Positions 1-12,569 of a DNA stretch of 64,000 nucleotides are shown piece after piece; position 1 is the first letter of the stretch, and every line of letters begins with the position of its first letter. The position numbers were made by a program, and so were the translations under genes. The notes under the pieces were generated by a model that was not told the DNA's origin, did not search any database, and saw only the letters and a program-made list of their open reading frames with translations. This DNA comes from Podarcis tiliguerta (Eukaryota), in the NCBI GenBank assembly GCA_965153285.1, contig OZ229115.1; one strand, 5' to 3'.

Positions 1-75
1 CGCCATAAGATGCACACACATTTCCTCTTACTTTTTAAGAGGGAAAAAGTGAGTCTTATAGAGCAAAAAATACGG
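1..75. mobile_element. Right end of a Tc1/mariner (Tc2/pogo-like) MITE, cut by the window edge
   Basis: Ends in gagcaaaaaatacgg|TA, the same TIR as 5939-6327 and 46205-46373. Confidence 0.8.
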
Positions 76-157
76 TAGTTGTTTCCATGCATACCCTTTT
101 CTCTTAAACTGCCTTTTTACTTTCTTACTTTTTAACAGAAAATCTAGATTACAGATT

Positions 158-480
158 GGTTTGCACATCGCATTAAGCCAAACTATGGCTTGGTACAACC
201 ACATGAGAGTCCAGAGAGGAGTTTGAAGCTGCTTTGTTCTTCCCAGGCATTCTGCTGCTGTGCTGTGTTAAACCATGATTTTGACAAACCATGAGCTGTT
301 GGCTACAGCTCGTCGTGGAGGAAGCAAATTCATGCTCCTGGCATCAGATTATACGCTAAGCGAAACCCTGCCTTAACTCAGCAGAGCAGCAGAATGACCA
401 GGGAGGGACAAAGGAGCCGTTACCTCTTCCTGGAGCTACAGCAAGTCATAGTTTGGTTTAGCATCACATGTGAACCAGGC
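158..480. mobile_element. Old palindromic (foldback) MITE
   Basis: Imperfect TIRs ggtttgcacatcgcattaagccaaactatggctt / aagtcatagtttggtttagcatcacatgtgaacc and an internal inverted pair cattctgctgct / agcagcagaatg. Confidence 0.6.
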
Positions 481-1059
481 CTACTTCACTGTCTGAAAGG
501 CTGTTGTTTTGCATCACTTTTTAGTGTTTTTAAAAACTTTAAAGTGACCTCACAGTGGTTTAAATGTGTGGATATGGAATGGACCAGACCCAGGGCATAT
601 ACTGACCAGTTTCAAAAAAAAATATGGGGAGGGGGCAGGAGAGGGAGGGTCAGAGCCTAAGATTTGGATGAGGAAGGAGATTGTGATTTACGTTTCACTT
701 CCCTGGCTTCTCTTTCTTTACCTTGCCGCATCTGCTCTTTTTTAGCACTGTGTTTTTAGCGTAAAGTGTACCAGCAGATGGATCCAAAGGCAGGCAGTAT
801 GACTGTTGCATCCCTGGTGATAGGAAGCACTGGGCTGTCTGCCAAACCAGAAGGGTGAGGTGCACACCTGTGAAATGTTTTGTTGGCCAGCTGTGCTCCT
901 GGAAGCACAAAGCCTGGTGGGAGAGAGGGTCAAGATGCCTGGGGTAGGAAGGACCTGCATATCTGCAACAGGCATTCCACTCCTTCTCTCTCGGCTAAAT
1001 ATCAAATGATTATGGAATCAAAGCTCCAAAAGCAGAGATGAATTTGAGACTTCGCATGC

Positions 1060-1807
1060 TGTCAGAGCTGGCTCCGGGTCCCAGCTCACCAAGGACCAAC
1101 GCTAGCCGGTAGTACAGTATCAAAGTCTTTATTGAAGAATAGTCTCCATTTACAAGTCTCAGCGTCCCAGCTCTACGTCTGCGCTTTAGACCGGCGAAGC
1201 TCTATCTGGATCTCCGCCCCCTGTGCACCAGCTTAAAACTCTAATCTTACTCCACCTCCTCCTTCTCTCTCTCTTCCTCTGGGTCTTACTACCCCCCGGG
1301 GTCTCTTCCCTCCTGGACTCTTCTGACGCAGAGCTGGACCCCTCTGACTCCTCCCCCTCTCTTCGGCGTGCTTTAGGACCTGGCTCCTTACCCGGGCTGC
1401 CCACCTTGCCGCCCTCCTGTACATTTGAACTTGGCGCGCGCGCGCGTTTAACTTTCCTGATGACCGTTTCCTCGCTCCCTGACGAGGGTGTGGCCACTCC
1501 TGCCTCACGCTCTCCCTCTGCCTGCGCGCTCCTTGATCCCGATGCCTTGGACTCCTCCCCCCTACTGCACTCTGGGGGGGAAGCTGGTCCGGATTTCCAG
1601 CTGTTACTCTCTGAGTCCCCTCTGGCCCCTTCTTCCCGAGGTGTCCCCCTTGCCCTGACCATGGGGGCCCCTTTCTGTGAATCCTCCGAGTCACTGGAGA
1701 GACTCAGAGACCTCGGACTACTGTTGTCGCTGACATTTCCTTCCGACTCCTCCCCCTCGCTCTCCGTTTCCTGCCTCTCCTGTGACTCTTCTCCTGAACC
1801 CCTGACA
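1060..1807 (-). mobile_element. Solo LTR (Gypsy-like), 748 bp
   Basis: TGTCAG…CTGACA termini, perfect 5-bp TSD CATGC (1055-1059 and 1808-1812), minus-strand AATAAA at 1128-1133, CpG-rich. Confidence 0.85.
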
Positions 1808-4800
1808 CATGCTATCATAATGGGCATAATTTTCTGCTTTAGGGGGAAAAAACCCCAAACACGTCAATGTTCACTCTGTGTGTATGTGTGTGTGTGTTTG
1901 TTTTCTTCCTAGTTGGTTTGTATAGCACTGTATGTTTGCTCAAGCGTTTTCGATCATTTTGCTCCAGGCAGCCCAAACAGAAGAATGCTGGGAAAAGCCA
2001 CTGAATCATAGCTACCGTGGTTACATATTAAGGCTGGCTCCAGGCCAGACTTTAAAGCAACAGAGCTTTTTCCTCCCCCCCCTCCCATTTTGGTAACACC
2101 CCCTCTGGTAGGATCTCAGTTTTGGATTCTTAGCACCCTCCTAGATGTAATACAGTTCCATCCACAGCATACAGACTTAAACAGGGCAGTAGCAAAAGTA
2201 GCGCTAAGGAAACAAACACCCTTTCTCTCTTCTTTTTCCACTTGTAAAAACCTTTTCTTAAAGCTCTGGCCCAATTTCTGCAGTCCCATTTAGGCCAAGC
2301 CCGCTGCAATCCTCACTTTAGTTTCTAAGTGGGGTCTCTCATTCAGCAAGGTCATGTCTAACTGCATACTTGACCTACACAATTTAGATCCAGTGAAGCC
2401 AAATGCACCCCACTAGCGATCTAGTGTCCTGCCAGGTGCTTGATAACTCTCTCTCTCTCTTTTTGCAATCCTGGACAGATTTGTCTTGCCCAGAGGCCAC
2501 TGGTGAGGGATAGTGGGAGCTGCAGTCCAACGACATCTGTAGAACACTCCTGATATAGCACTTTGGAGGTTGATTTGCATAGCTTGTGGGTTGCATTTTG
2601 CTGGGCGAGTCCCAAGTTTATGCAGGTCAGCCATATGCAAAACACCCCAGAAATTTGGCAGAGCACTGATGAGGAGCCACATTAAGCATCCCAAGTGCTT
2701 CCTTATGACTGTAGCTCCCTTCATGCATTAATCAAACTCCATGCATTGCAGGGCTTCAGTGCTGCTCCAGCTTTCCTGGCTGTGCTACCAGTGTCTGTGC
2801 ATTGAGCGGGGAAGCCTGCACATGCAGAGATCTACACATGTGGGCTTCCTTGCTGTAGACATCCATGCTCCAATGTGCTGGTATCAAGGGAAGAGCTGGG
2901 GCAGGCCAGTTGCATTGCCTCACTGACCCTCAAAATCCCCAGAGGTCCCTTCATGGAATTAACATGTGATACTGTCCAATTAAATGAGTTAACCTAGTGA
3001 TTCTGAAAATGAATGCCACAGTGGTGTGCCATTAGAGGGCTAAAGTATACTTGAGAAATGAAGCCATTGTGCTGAGATGCATCCATGAATCTCTCCTGTT
3101 GGTGCAGAGAAATCTCATGCAGCCTTGATTTCCCCCCCTTCCCCCGCTTTCTGTGCTAGAAAGAGGAAATGTCATAATCATAAAGGAGGAAGTCAGGATG
3201 GATTGGGAGGTCCTGACATTGCTAAGCACTACAGGTGACATGTGCAGAGGAATCCCAGAAGCATCAGCAATGCCCAGAAATCTTGGCGATATTCCTGAGC
3301 TTAGGTTGGGGGGAAAGGAAGAACAGGACACCAGGATGTAATATTATCCAAAGTATCCCAAAGTTGGAAAGATTACGCTAGAACTGATTACATTTAGGTT
3401 TTCATGTACTTCGCATTGAAGAGTGGCAGAGTCCTTTAAATTGTCGGTTCAGGCCCGACAGCGATGTACTAGGTAGTCTGCAGTCGGTTGATTGAAGCCT
3501 GCCCCTGCTGGGGTCTCAGGAGCTCTGACTACAGGATTTTAAATGTAAACTGAAATTCTATTTCAGCCAAGGCTTCTCCCAAGAATTTTGATATTGCGAT
3601 GTGTTCCGATTAGGCCAGGAGGGAGCTGCCGCCTTTGCTACAGAGCTTCTGAGTCATCCAAAAGCGCTGCCGCTTGCCACAGAGAATACAAATGATGGGC
3701 TCCTGCATAGGTTACCGATTGCAAGGACACAGCAAAATTTATTTTGCCCTTCAACCATATCAGCATGGCCAGGGAAGCTTGCGTGTTCATTTCCAGCGGT
3801 GTGAAAAGAACGCTTCTTGTGTGGGCGTCGCCTCCCGTGGAGCTGCTCTTAGTCGAGGCAAGTTCTGAAGTCGCTCCATTCCTTAACCCGCTAGTACAAT
3901 CCATGTGGGGTCTCTCATTGGACAGCAGCACTAATTTGAGAAAGGGCCATTCAAGGATAAAATCAGAGAGATTTCATGGTTAGGAGCATTTCAATGCCTG
4001 CATTTAATATGATGGCTGAGGAGAGAGAATCCACGTATCCTTGCTCAAAGATCCCATGGAGATGAACCAATCCAGTTAAGTGTGACATTTGTTTGGAATG
4101 TGGGTGAGCGGAGCCCAACTGCTGGGCAATGTCAGAAGTACTTCTTGGTATACTAATATCTATACTAATACATACCGACCACAAGGACCAACTGTGGCTG
4201 CCTCACTTTAATGGCATCTGAAGAACAGGCTTGATTTTCTGACAGCCTAGCATGGCACAAGGTTTTGCCAAACTGATCTGGGTGGTAGAACAGAGTCTGC
4301 TTACCAGGAGACCTTGCTAAGGCAACAGATTGCCTTTGTACGAAGCAAATCTGTAGGCCTTTTGGAAGGCAGATGATGTGCGTGGTTAGCATGATAATTG
4401 CTGCTACTGTTCTCTGTCCTTTTTTTATGGAGTGCTTTGAATCTGAATTTGCAAGATTCTTTGCCATCTATATTGTGTTCGCCCTCCAGACAGCTCCAGG
4501 AGGCAGGACGCTGCTATCTCTGTTTCACAGATGGGGAAGCCGGGAACGATTCTGTTCAAAGGCCAACAGAGCGCATGGCATCAGGGGCATGCTGGCGGGA
4601 CTCTTCCCCCAGAGCTGTGGGCTGGAAGTAGCCCTAGGAATGGAGCACACGGCAAATCATCTCAGTCTTGGTAGAACTTGAGCTCTGGAGCACCAAGCCA
4701 ATACCAGACAATATTCCAGGCAACAATCAGATGGTAAGAGCAGCCTGGAAGCATTGAACCAGCAGCCACACCACCTGAGAGGCTGGGATTTCTGCTCTGA

Positions 4801-5938
4801 AACCTGTCTGGATTTCCCAGGAGACTTGCTGAATAATCCCAGCAACCAATCAGGGTGCAAATGCCCACAAGCACCAGGTGTGGCTAAAGCCCTAAAGGAA
4901 ACAGATCCAGAATTTTGGGCTTCTAGTCAAATATTCTGACAACTGAACCAGGCTAGCTTTAATTTCCCACCTCCTGTTTCCCATAATACATTTTGCTCTC
5001 TTGCTTCCCAGCTGCACAAACAACCACAGCCCACTGAGTCTGCTTTGGTTCCTTTTGGTGTCTCGCAGGCATCAGCAACCAGCTACGTTGACACCCGGCC
5101 CAACTTGGCTCATCTCATCGGCACCCATTTGGGGACACAGGAGTTGACTCTGAGCAAGAAGGAGCCTGTAATGATCACTCCCAAGTTTGACATAGGATAA
5201 TGCACCAAATAACAGACAAGAGTTTGCTTCTTTCTGTTTGGAAAATACCAATTCTCCCCTGAGCCTTCTGACTCTCAGCAGCCGTCAAGAGGTCAGACAG
5301 CTCTGGCCTGAGAAAGAAGGGGGAAAAATTGCATCTGTCGGAATGTATTTCTTCCCAGACAGCTTGTTTGTGATGGGTCTAGTAGATTGCCTAGTCATTG
5401 GGAGCAGCCTGACTCAGCTACTGCTGCTATTATCCTCTTTGGATGCTGGTTTTGTAATTAGAGCCATTAGTAAACAAGCCTAGCCTTCCTACCCCCTAAT
5501 GTGCTTCCGAGTGACCTTGACATCTCTCTTCTCCATCTGGCCTCTTTCCCCACATTCCCAGAGTACATCATTTCCTATATTCTTCCTCTTGCAGATTTTC
5601 TGGTTCTATTTTGCCCCATTAGTTCCGTGCAGGTTGCACTGCTTTCTCTTGCAGCTGGTGATTCTCTTCCGTATTATTTTCTTCTTCTTCTTCTTTTTAT
5701 GTTATTATATATTTAGCTTCAGGTTATTTCTACACACGCCCATCTTGTTAGGCCTGCTATATCCTTTTCTCACAATCTACTGCCAATGTGAAGTTTCAAG
5801 GAGAAGGATTGATTTCCTTCAACCCCAAAGGCATGCTATCAAAGTTCAGATTTATCTGATTTGCTCCTGAGTAATATATTTGGGAGCTAACAGGGTCTCC
5901 TGGTGTTCTTTTATTAAATATTTATATATATACACACA

Positions 5939-6327
5939 CCGTATTTTTTGCTCTATAAGATGCACTTTTTCCCTCCTAAAAAGTAAGGGGAAATAAGGGT
6001 GCATCTTATGAAGGAAATGCAGGCTGCGTGGCTATCCCAGAAGCCGGAACAGCGAGAGGGAGTGCTGCGCAGCCCTGCGGAGGCTTCGTGCGGCTAAGCC
6101 AGACCCCGCTTACTTTCCTGGCTTCTGGCTTAACTGTATGCAGCCTCTTCTGGGCAGGGGGAGCCTTCAACCCGCTGCCCAGGAGAGGCTTCGCGCGGCT
6201 ATCCCAGAAGCCAGATCCCTCTTGCTGTTCTAGCTTCTGTGATTCAGAATATTTTTTTTCTTGTTTTACTCCTCCAAAAACTAGGCGCGTCTTATGGTCT
6301 GGTGCGTCTTATAGAGTGAAAAATACT
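5939..6327. mobile_element. Tc1/mariner (Tc2/pogo-like) MITE
   Basis: TIRs ccgtattttttgctctataaga / tcttatagagtgaaaaatac, internal repeats of ggctatcccagaagcc, flanked by microsatellites. Confidence 0.75.
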
Positions 6328-7850
6328 ATCTACCTACCTACCTACCTACCTACCTATCTATATAGATATATGGTCTTGCAACCCAGCTAGTTTTAAAATG
6401 ACCAGGTTTCTCTTTTTTTGGGGGGGGGGGTGATTCTTGGTTTTTTTAAGCACCCACCCACACCTTTATATAATTCACTTTTACAGTTTCCTCATGCCAT
6501 GTTTGCATATGATAATTTAATAACATGCCTGTATATTTCAAGACACTTGTGGCTATTTACCATCCCTCCCCCCTCCCCTGCATGCTTACGTAGGTCACCC
6601 AACCTGTCCATGGGCAATTTTGATAGATTGGCAGAGCCACCCACCAGTCGGTCACCTAACATCACCATGTCAGGTGACACACTTTCCTTTGTCCTTATGG
6701 TTTGAAATAAAACCACCTGGGCAAAAGTACAGGGCTTTGCACGTGCCAACAATCAGCCGATTGGTGATCCCTGCTAACCCCATTTTCAGTAGGGAGCCAT
6801 CCATGGCTTTTTACCTGCTCCACATCTTCAGGTGTTTAGAGCAGGTGGGCATGGCTTGGGGGAAATGGCCTTGCAACTAAATTAGGACCCTTGTCAGGCT
6901 TAAATAGGCTTGTGTGGATTGGAGGTTCTCCAAAACTGCTGTGGAGAATCTCCCTTCTTCTGGTGTTCCTCTTTAGACAGGCACATACCATGCAGCAAGG
7001 GAAGCCAACTGCTTTGGGTGGTACCAAGAGGCAGGGTGGAATAGATGAAGGCAGAGCCTGGGGCAAGACTTTATTATTATTATTATTGCCGTAGCTGGGT
7101 GTAGGGGTGGGGAGTGAGGGATTGGGGTTCTGCTTTAGGCAGCAGAATGTCTTGGGCTAGCACTGGAAGGACAGCTATCAATACCTGAATGCTCAGTTCA
7201 ACAAGTAAAGGCATCTCTAGAAATTGCTTGGAGGCTGAGTAAGGGAGGTGCCACAGCCATGGTATCTGGGCCCCATTGACTTTGTAATCTTATCTAACAG
7301 GACAGAAGGGACTTTTTAAAAAAGACTCTTAATTTACCATGCATTGTTAGAACTTACCCAGGTTTTTCCTTGCATTTAGAGTGCAAGAGTTTGAATTTTA
7401 ATTGAAGTCCCCCCACCCCCTGTGACAGATGGCAGTGCTGTGAATAAACGACATGCCTCTGGGTCTCAGGCAGTGCTTTTAAAAAAGAAAAATTTCCAAG
7501 TACTAAATGCATTCTGTCAGGGCTCACTTGAGAGAAAATATTAATATAATACATAATCAGAAGTATCACCAAAACCTCACTTGTAATTCGATAGTGTAAT
7601 CTTTATTTTGACAATAAATTGACAAGCACTTGGATTTCGGAAACTGCTGTGTGGTTTTGACAGCTCTGTAAAAAGGCCTTAAAGTGCAACAGGTTTTGCT
7701 TGCTGCATCAAGAGTATTTCTGCACCACTTGCAACCCGCTAAGCCAAATTCCACTCGCTAACCATATATGGTGGCACAGCATGTGCTCTGTGAACCTCCT
7801 GGTTTATGCCACTTTCCAGGGACTGCATAATTAGAGGTGCAGGTGGTAGT

Positions 7851-7997
7851 ATCATAGAACTGTAGAGTTGGAAAGGGACCCTGAGGATCATTGAGTTCAA
7901 CCTCCTGCAAAGCAGGAATGTGCAGTTGTCCCATGGGGATTGAGCCTGTGACCTTCGTGTTATCAGCACCATGCTCTAACCAACTGAACTGTTCCAC
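7851..7997 (-). mobile_element. SINE with a tRNA-Ile-derived head and a CR1-derived tail
   Basis: The minus strand reads agttcagttggttagagcatggtgctgataacacgaaggtcacaggctcaatcccc (tRNA-Ile-like, with A/B boxes) fused to a CR1 3' end (ttgaactcaatgatcctcagggtccctttccaactctacagttctatgat). Confidence 0.8.
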
Positions 7998-8118
7998 TGA
8001 GGCCAACTGGTGGTTGTTGTCAGTAATTGGAAAAGAAGAAAATATGGATAGTGGTTTTTTCCCCCCTGCTTGGAGGGGTCACACATTGTGCAAGTCCGAC
8101 TTAGAGTGTTAAAATGGA

Positions 8119-8242
8119 TTGTGGTCCTTCAGATATCTCTGGGTGCCAGCTCCTATCATACCTGACCACTGAACATGCTGGCTGGGGTCGGTGGGAGTCA
8201 CAGTCTGACAGCACCTGGAGGGCCACAGGCCCTTCACCCCTG
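8119..8242. mobile_element. Short hAT-type MITE family; further copies at ~25813-25950, ~26060-26180, 31609-31738, ~47220-47760 (split by Bov-B), ~52635-52770, ~60188-60314
   Basis: Shared core (…cccatcatccctgaccattggccatgctggctggggctgatgggagttgtagtcc…) with inverted ends in all copies. Confidence 0.65.
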
Positions 8243-9158
8243 AAATAGAAGGTGCTTGTCTTGGCAACCACATTTTTAGCACTGTATTTTCTCTGCTTAA
8301 TGAACAGAGTTGTTCCTTCTTAAAACTTTCCCCAGGGTGCCACTTACGCTTCACCAAAACACAAGATATGCATCACCAAAAAATAGAACAAAAGGAGACA
8401 CAAATTTGCATAAAGCTCATATATGCCAATTTATATGCGTAGATGCAAAATCAGAAATAGTTGCAAAGGTACTCAAGGAAGCTAACAACCCTGAACATTC
8501 TGCCTGCAAGTATTGTAAAATTCCAGCAATGTATCAACATTCAAAGTAGATAGAAAATACAAAACGACTTCACCAAATTGGATATATTAAGAGCACCAGT
8601 AAAGTAAAAACAAACACAAAAATAGATTTACAGCCGGCTGCAAGTATGAGAGGGACCTAATATTTGGGGATATAAAATGCTGCAATTCACAATTTGCACA
8701 CATGTCAAAGCTGAACTTTTCAATTAAGCCGACTGCCTGTGTGAAAAGCCTTACACAAACTCTAGTGCTGATGTATTAGATCACAGGTAATAGGAACTTA
8801 GCACTGATTTGCATCAAAAGAGTGGATATCAGAGGAGGGGCGCGGAGGCAGACCTAGCTTTTGTTATAGCGAAAGCCACCTTTCACCTATCTTCCAGGCA
8901 TCTCCCTGCTTCTGCTGCCAATCTCAATAGAGTTTCATGTGTTTAAGCTATTAGCAAAGGCATTAAGCACAGATGCACCTGTGTGGCATCACAAAGTGCA
9001 TGTGTGACCTTAGAAGACTCAGTATTTGCCTCGTGCCTGCCTTTCTCCCACCTGGAGCTGGAGCTGTGCGGGGGATGAGGGATGGGTACCACTTTGCAGC
9101 GGAGGTGCGGAATGCGGAACAAGAAAGGTGGGGAGACACAAGCAGTGTTGTTGACACA

Positions 9159-9430
9159 AAGCTTGTTTTCTGCTGCTCCAGAGAAGCGGACACGGAGCAA
9201 TGGATCCAAACTACAAGAAAAAAGATTCCACCTAAACATTAGGAAGAATTTCCTGATAGTAAGAGCTGTTCGACAGTGGAATTTTCTGCCAAGGAGTGTG
9301 GTGGAGTCTCCTCCTTTGGAGGTCTTTAAGCAGAGGCTTGACAACCATATGTCAGGAGTGCTCTGATGGTGTTTCCTGCTTGGCAGGGGGTTGGACTCGA
9401 TGGCCCTTGTGGTCTCTTCCCCAATGATTC
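9159..9430 (+). mobile_element. CR1 LINE 3' fragment
   Basis: ORF2 C-terminus RTRSNGSKLQEKRFHLNIRKNFLIVRAVRQWNFLPRSVVESPPLEVFKQRLD, followed by the CR1 3' UTR (ggggttggactcgatggcc). Confidence 0.92.
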
Positions 9431-10870
9431 CCCAATGATCTGCTGCTTGAGTAATGAACAGGCTTGTTAAGTTAAAGACAAAACTACCACCTACTGGACA
9501 CTTTCCAATATTGGACAAAACTCAAAAAAGATGATACCCAGGCAGACATTGCTGGAAGAAATGCTAGGCTTTCTGGGATAAGAAAGGACAGCTGTCCACC
9601 TCACTTGCCCCTGTTGCCCTTTAATTTAAAGAAATCAGGGGCAAATTTAATAGCTAAATAATAGCTGAACTTCAGCAGTTCAGATTTCAGTACCTATAGA
9701 GGTGAGACAGATGGTTACTAAAGAGAGGCCCTTTTGGAGGTGTCACCCTGGTTAAGAAATGGTCACACCAATGAAGCTTACATTCAGATCCTATTGGCAC
9801 CAAAGTCCTTTTAGGACCACATTTATTTATTTATTGCTCTAGGAACAGATTATTTCTGCTGGCTTGTTTAGGCAGGAAATGGGATTGATTGGGTTTTTTT
9901 TTTAGAAATATTTTTAGTTCGATTTTAGTCTTGTTGATTGGGTGGCCAGCACGTGTTTTAAATGAATAAAGTTCAGAAACCAACGAAGACTGTTTTTGGT
10001 GGCAGCCCTGAGGGCAGCACCCAGGAATTCCTTTCCATAATACCAGCAGCTCTCCTTTTCTAGATTGTGACTGACACTTTCTTGATTGCTAATGCGGTGA
10101 GTGAAGCAGCACCTGCCAGCGTTGAGATGAATCATTCCCACAGTGCTCTTGGAGAGGAGGTAGAACTGTGCAAGTAAGGCGAAGAGGGAGATTTTCTTTG
10201 ATTGAAGAAAGGGCAAAGTAAAAAAAAAAAAAGCATCCTGGGAATGATTAATCTGACTTGCTCGCCTGGTCATGCCATGCAGCTTGACTTTCATTGGGAC
10301 AGCAGTTCCATGCTTCCTTGAGCTGTTCAGTGCTTAGTATGCTCCTGGGGTATAACAGCCCAGACTTGACTGACTATGCAGTGGCCATTTGCCTCTTGAG
10401 TTAGGCATATTTAAGCCACGCTCCTATCAATGGGACTTAAGTGTGTCTAGCGGTGCAGTGGATTGTGGCCAGTATTTATATTGTCATCTGGGTAGCAGTG
10501 ACCATTTCAGTCCACTTGCCATGTGACTTCCATATGTATAAATTAAGAATCACATTGATCTAGTACTTTAAAGAGTGCCATATTTGTTATCTGTGTCATC
10601 CAAAGTTATGAAAGTAAGGGGCTTCACATCCATTTAGCTGAGTTTCAGAAGTAGTTAGAACTGGACCGAATTAAGGTGATGCGTTCTTTTTTTTCCCCGC
10701 AGATCAGTATCTCCCTGAGACCTTTCATTTCATTGAACTAATTCAATAAAGCTAATAATCCCATTTCAAAGTATGCCAGTTGATTTCATCTAAACACGAT
10801 TTGTGCTCTCACCACCCTTGCTCAATCCCACTTAGAACGTTTAAAGGATTTGCATCAATCATTCTCTGAG

Positions 10871-11036
10871 GAAGGGGCTGTAGCTCAGTAGCAGAGCATC
10901 TCCTTTGAATGCAGGAGGTCCCAGTTTCCATCCCTGGCATCTCCAGGTAGGGAGAAACCACTTCTAGTCAATGTAGATGAAAGTGAGCTTGATGGACCAA
11001 TGGTCAGACTCAGTATATGGCAGCTTTCTATGTTCT
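10871..11036 (+). mobile_element. tRNA-Ala-derived SINE with a CR1-like tail; other copies at ~19090-19280 (-), ~45709-45898 (+), ~50297-50485 (-), ~55286-55705 (+)
   Basis: Head ggggctgtagctcagt…ccctggcatctcca resembles tRNA-Ala(TGC); the copies share a tail gatggaccaatggtc.gactcagtat..ggcagc. Confidence 0.75.
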
Positions 11037-11065
11037 GTGAATGTTCTGCTTGATGATCTCATAGA

Positions 11066-11612
11066 ATAATAGAATCAAAGAGTTGGAAGCGTCATCTAGT
11101 CCAGCCCCCTGCAATGCAGGAATCTCAACTAAAGCATTCATGGCAGATGGCCACCCAACCTCTGCCAGCGTGGTGTAGTGGTTAAGGGCGGTGGACTCAT
11201 ACTCTGGTGAACTGGGTTTGCTTCCCCGCTCCTCCATATGCAGCTGCTGGGTGACCTTGGGCTAGTCACACTTCTCTGAAGTCTCTCATCCTCACTCACC
11301 TCACAGAGTGTTTGTTGTGGGGGAGGAAGGGAAAAGGAGATTGTTAGCCGCTTTGAGACTCCTTAGGGTAGTGATAAAGCGGGATATCAAATCCAAACTC
11401 CTCCTCCTCCTCTTCTGCTTCTGCTTCTTCTTCAAAACCTCCAAGGAAGGATAGCCCACAACATCCAGAGGAAGTCTGATTCACTGTCGAACAGCTGTCA
11501 GAAAGTTTTTCCTGATGTTTAGTTGGAATCTCATTTCTTGTAACTTGAAGCTATTGGTTCACCCTCCAGAGCAAGAGAATACAAGCTTGCTCCATCTTCC
11601 ATGCAACAGCTC
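11066..11612 (-). mobile_element. CR1 3' fragment interrupted by a Squam3-like SINE
   Basis: Both halves align by eye with the CR1 copy at 31588-32016 and rejoin at caacctctgc|ttaaaaacc. Confidence 0.85.
11164..11433 (+). mobile_element. Squam3-like (MIR/Ther1-derived) SINE with a (CTC/TTC)n tail
   Basis: tRNA head gcgtggtgtagtggttaag, CORE-like gggtgaccttgggctagtcac, L2-like end gccgctttgagactcc…aaagcgggatat. Confidence 0.8.
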
Positions 11613-11758
11613 TATTGATTCCCATTGATCAGGCTATTGACCCCAAGGAACAGAAGACACAAAGTGTTTTATTCAAACAAAATTAAGCGTTGTTGTCTTA
11701 TTGGAGAGATTTAAGCACGACTTAAATTGCTTATTTCAATAATTAAGATATAAAAGTA

Positions 11759-12228
11759 CAGTGGTGCCCCGCAAGACGAAAGGGTTTTCCGTTTTGGAGG
11801 TGCTTCGCAAAACGAATTTGCTATGGGCTTGCTTCGCAAGACGAAAATGTCTTGCGATTCCTGGGGTTTTTTCCCTCCCCCCCCCTTTCCCCAAGCCCCT
11901 AAGCCGTTTAACAGCTGTTCACTAAGCCGCTTAACAGCTGATCGCTAAGCCGCTTAACAGCTGATCTAAGCCGCTTATCAGCTGATCTAAGCCGTAATAG
12001 CCTTTTAGCAGCTAATCCGCTAATCCCTTAAACCTTTAATAGCCGCTAATAGCCTTTTAGCAGCTAATCCGCTAATCCCTTAAGCCTTTAATAGCCGCTA
12101 ATAGCTGCTAAACCGCTAATAGCGCTAATAGCGCTAATCCGCTAATGGGCTTGCTTCGCAAGACGAAAAAAACCGCAAGACGAAGAGACACGTGGAACAG
12201 ATTCTTTTCGTCTTGCGAGGCATCACTG
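11759..12228. mobile_element. Tigger/pogo-like MITE containing an internal minisatellite
   Basis: TA|CAGTGGTGCCCCGCAAGACG … CGTCTTGCGAGGCATCACTG|TA; same family as 55427-55683. Confidence 0.88.
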
Positions 12229-12569
12229 TACTTTTATATCTTTTGCTGGGTTGGGTTGGGGTTAGAAGTATGTAAACCCGTGTTTCCTAGATGTTTAGTG
12301 GTTCTGATGAATAAGTCCGCGAAACATAAAATTCTTCACTTACTCTTGACCAAATTCTATGCTTGTTTAGTAAAAGATAGCAGCCTGTATACTAATAGCC
12401 ATCTCATTCCCCAAGTGTTGACATTTATGTAGCCAAACTGACACAATCCATAAGCAAGAATGAAATATAAACAGGCTTGGATGAGCCCCAAGGTCTGCAG
12501 AAGTACAAAATATGTTTAGGATAAAAAATCCACAAGGCGGTACAGTGTGTGTTTGTGGAATCCCTAAAC

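Noticed and set aside
1186-1912. 213-aa and 229-aa ORFs as host genes
   Set aside because: They are low complexity, lie essentially within a TSD-flanked solo LTR, and have no recognisable domain.
10871-10945. Functional tRNA genes (also ~7930-7997, ~11164-11235, ~45709-45785)
   Set aside because: The stems are degenerate, there is no Pol III terminator, and each continues into a SINE body.
11899-12146. CRISPR-like repeated units
   Set aside because: The units are tandem with no unique spacers, lie inside a TA-flanked MITE in vertebrate DNA, and there are no cas genes.
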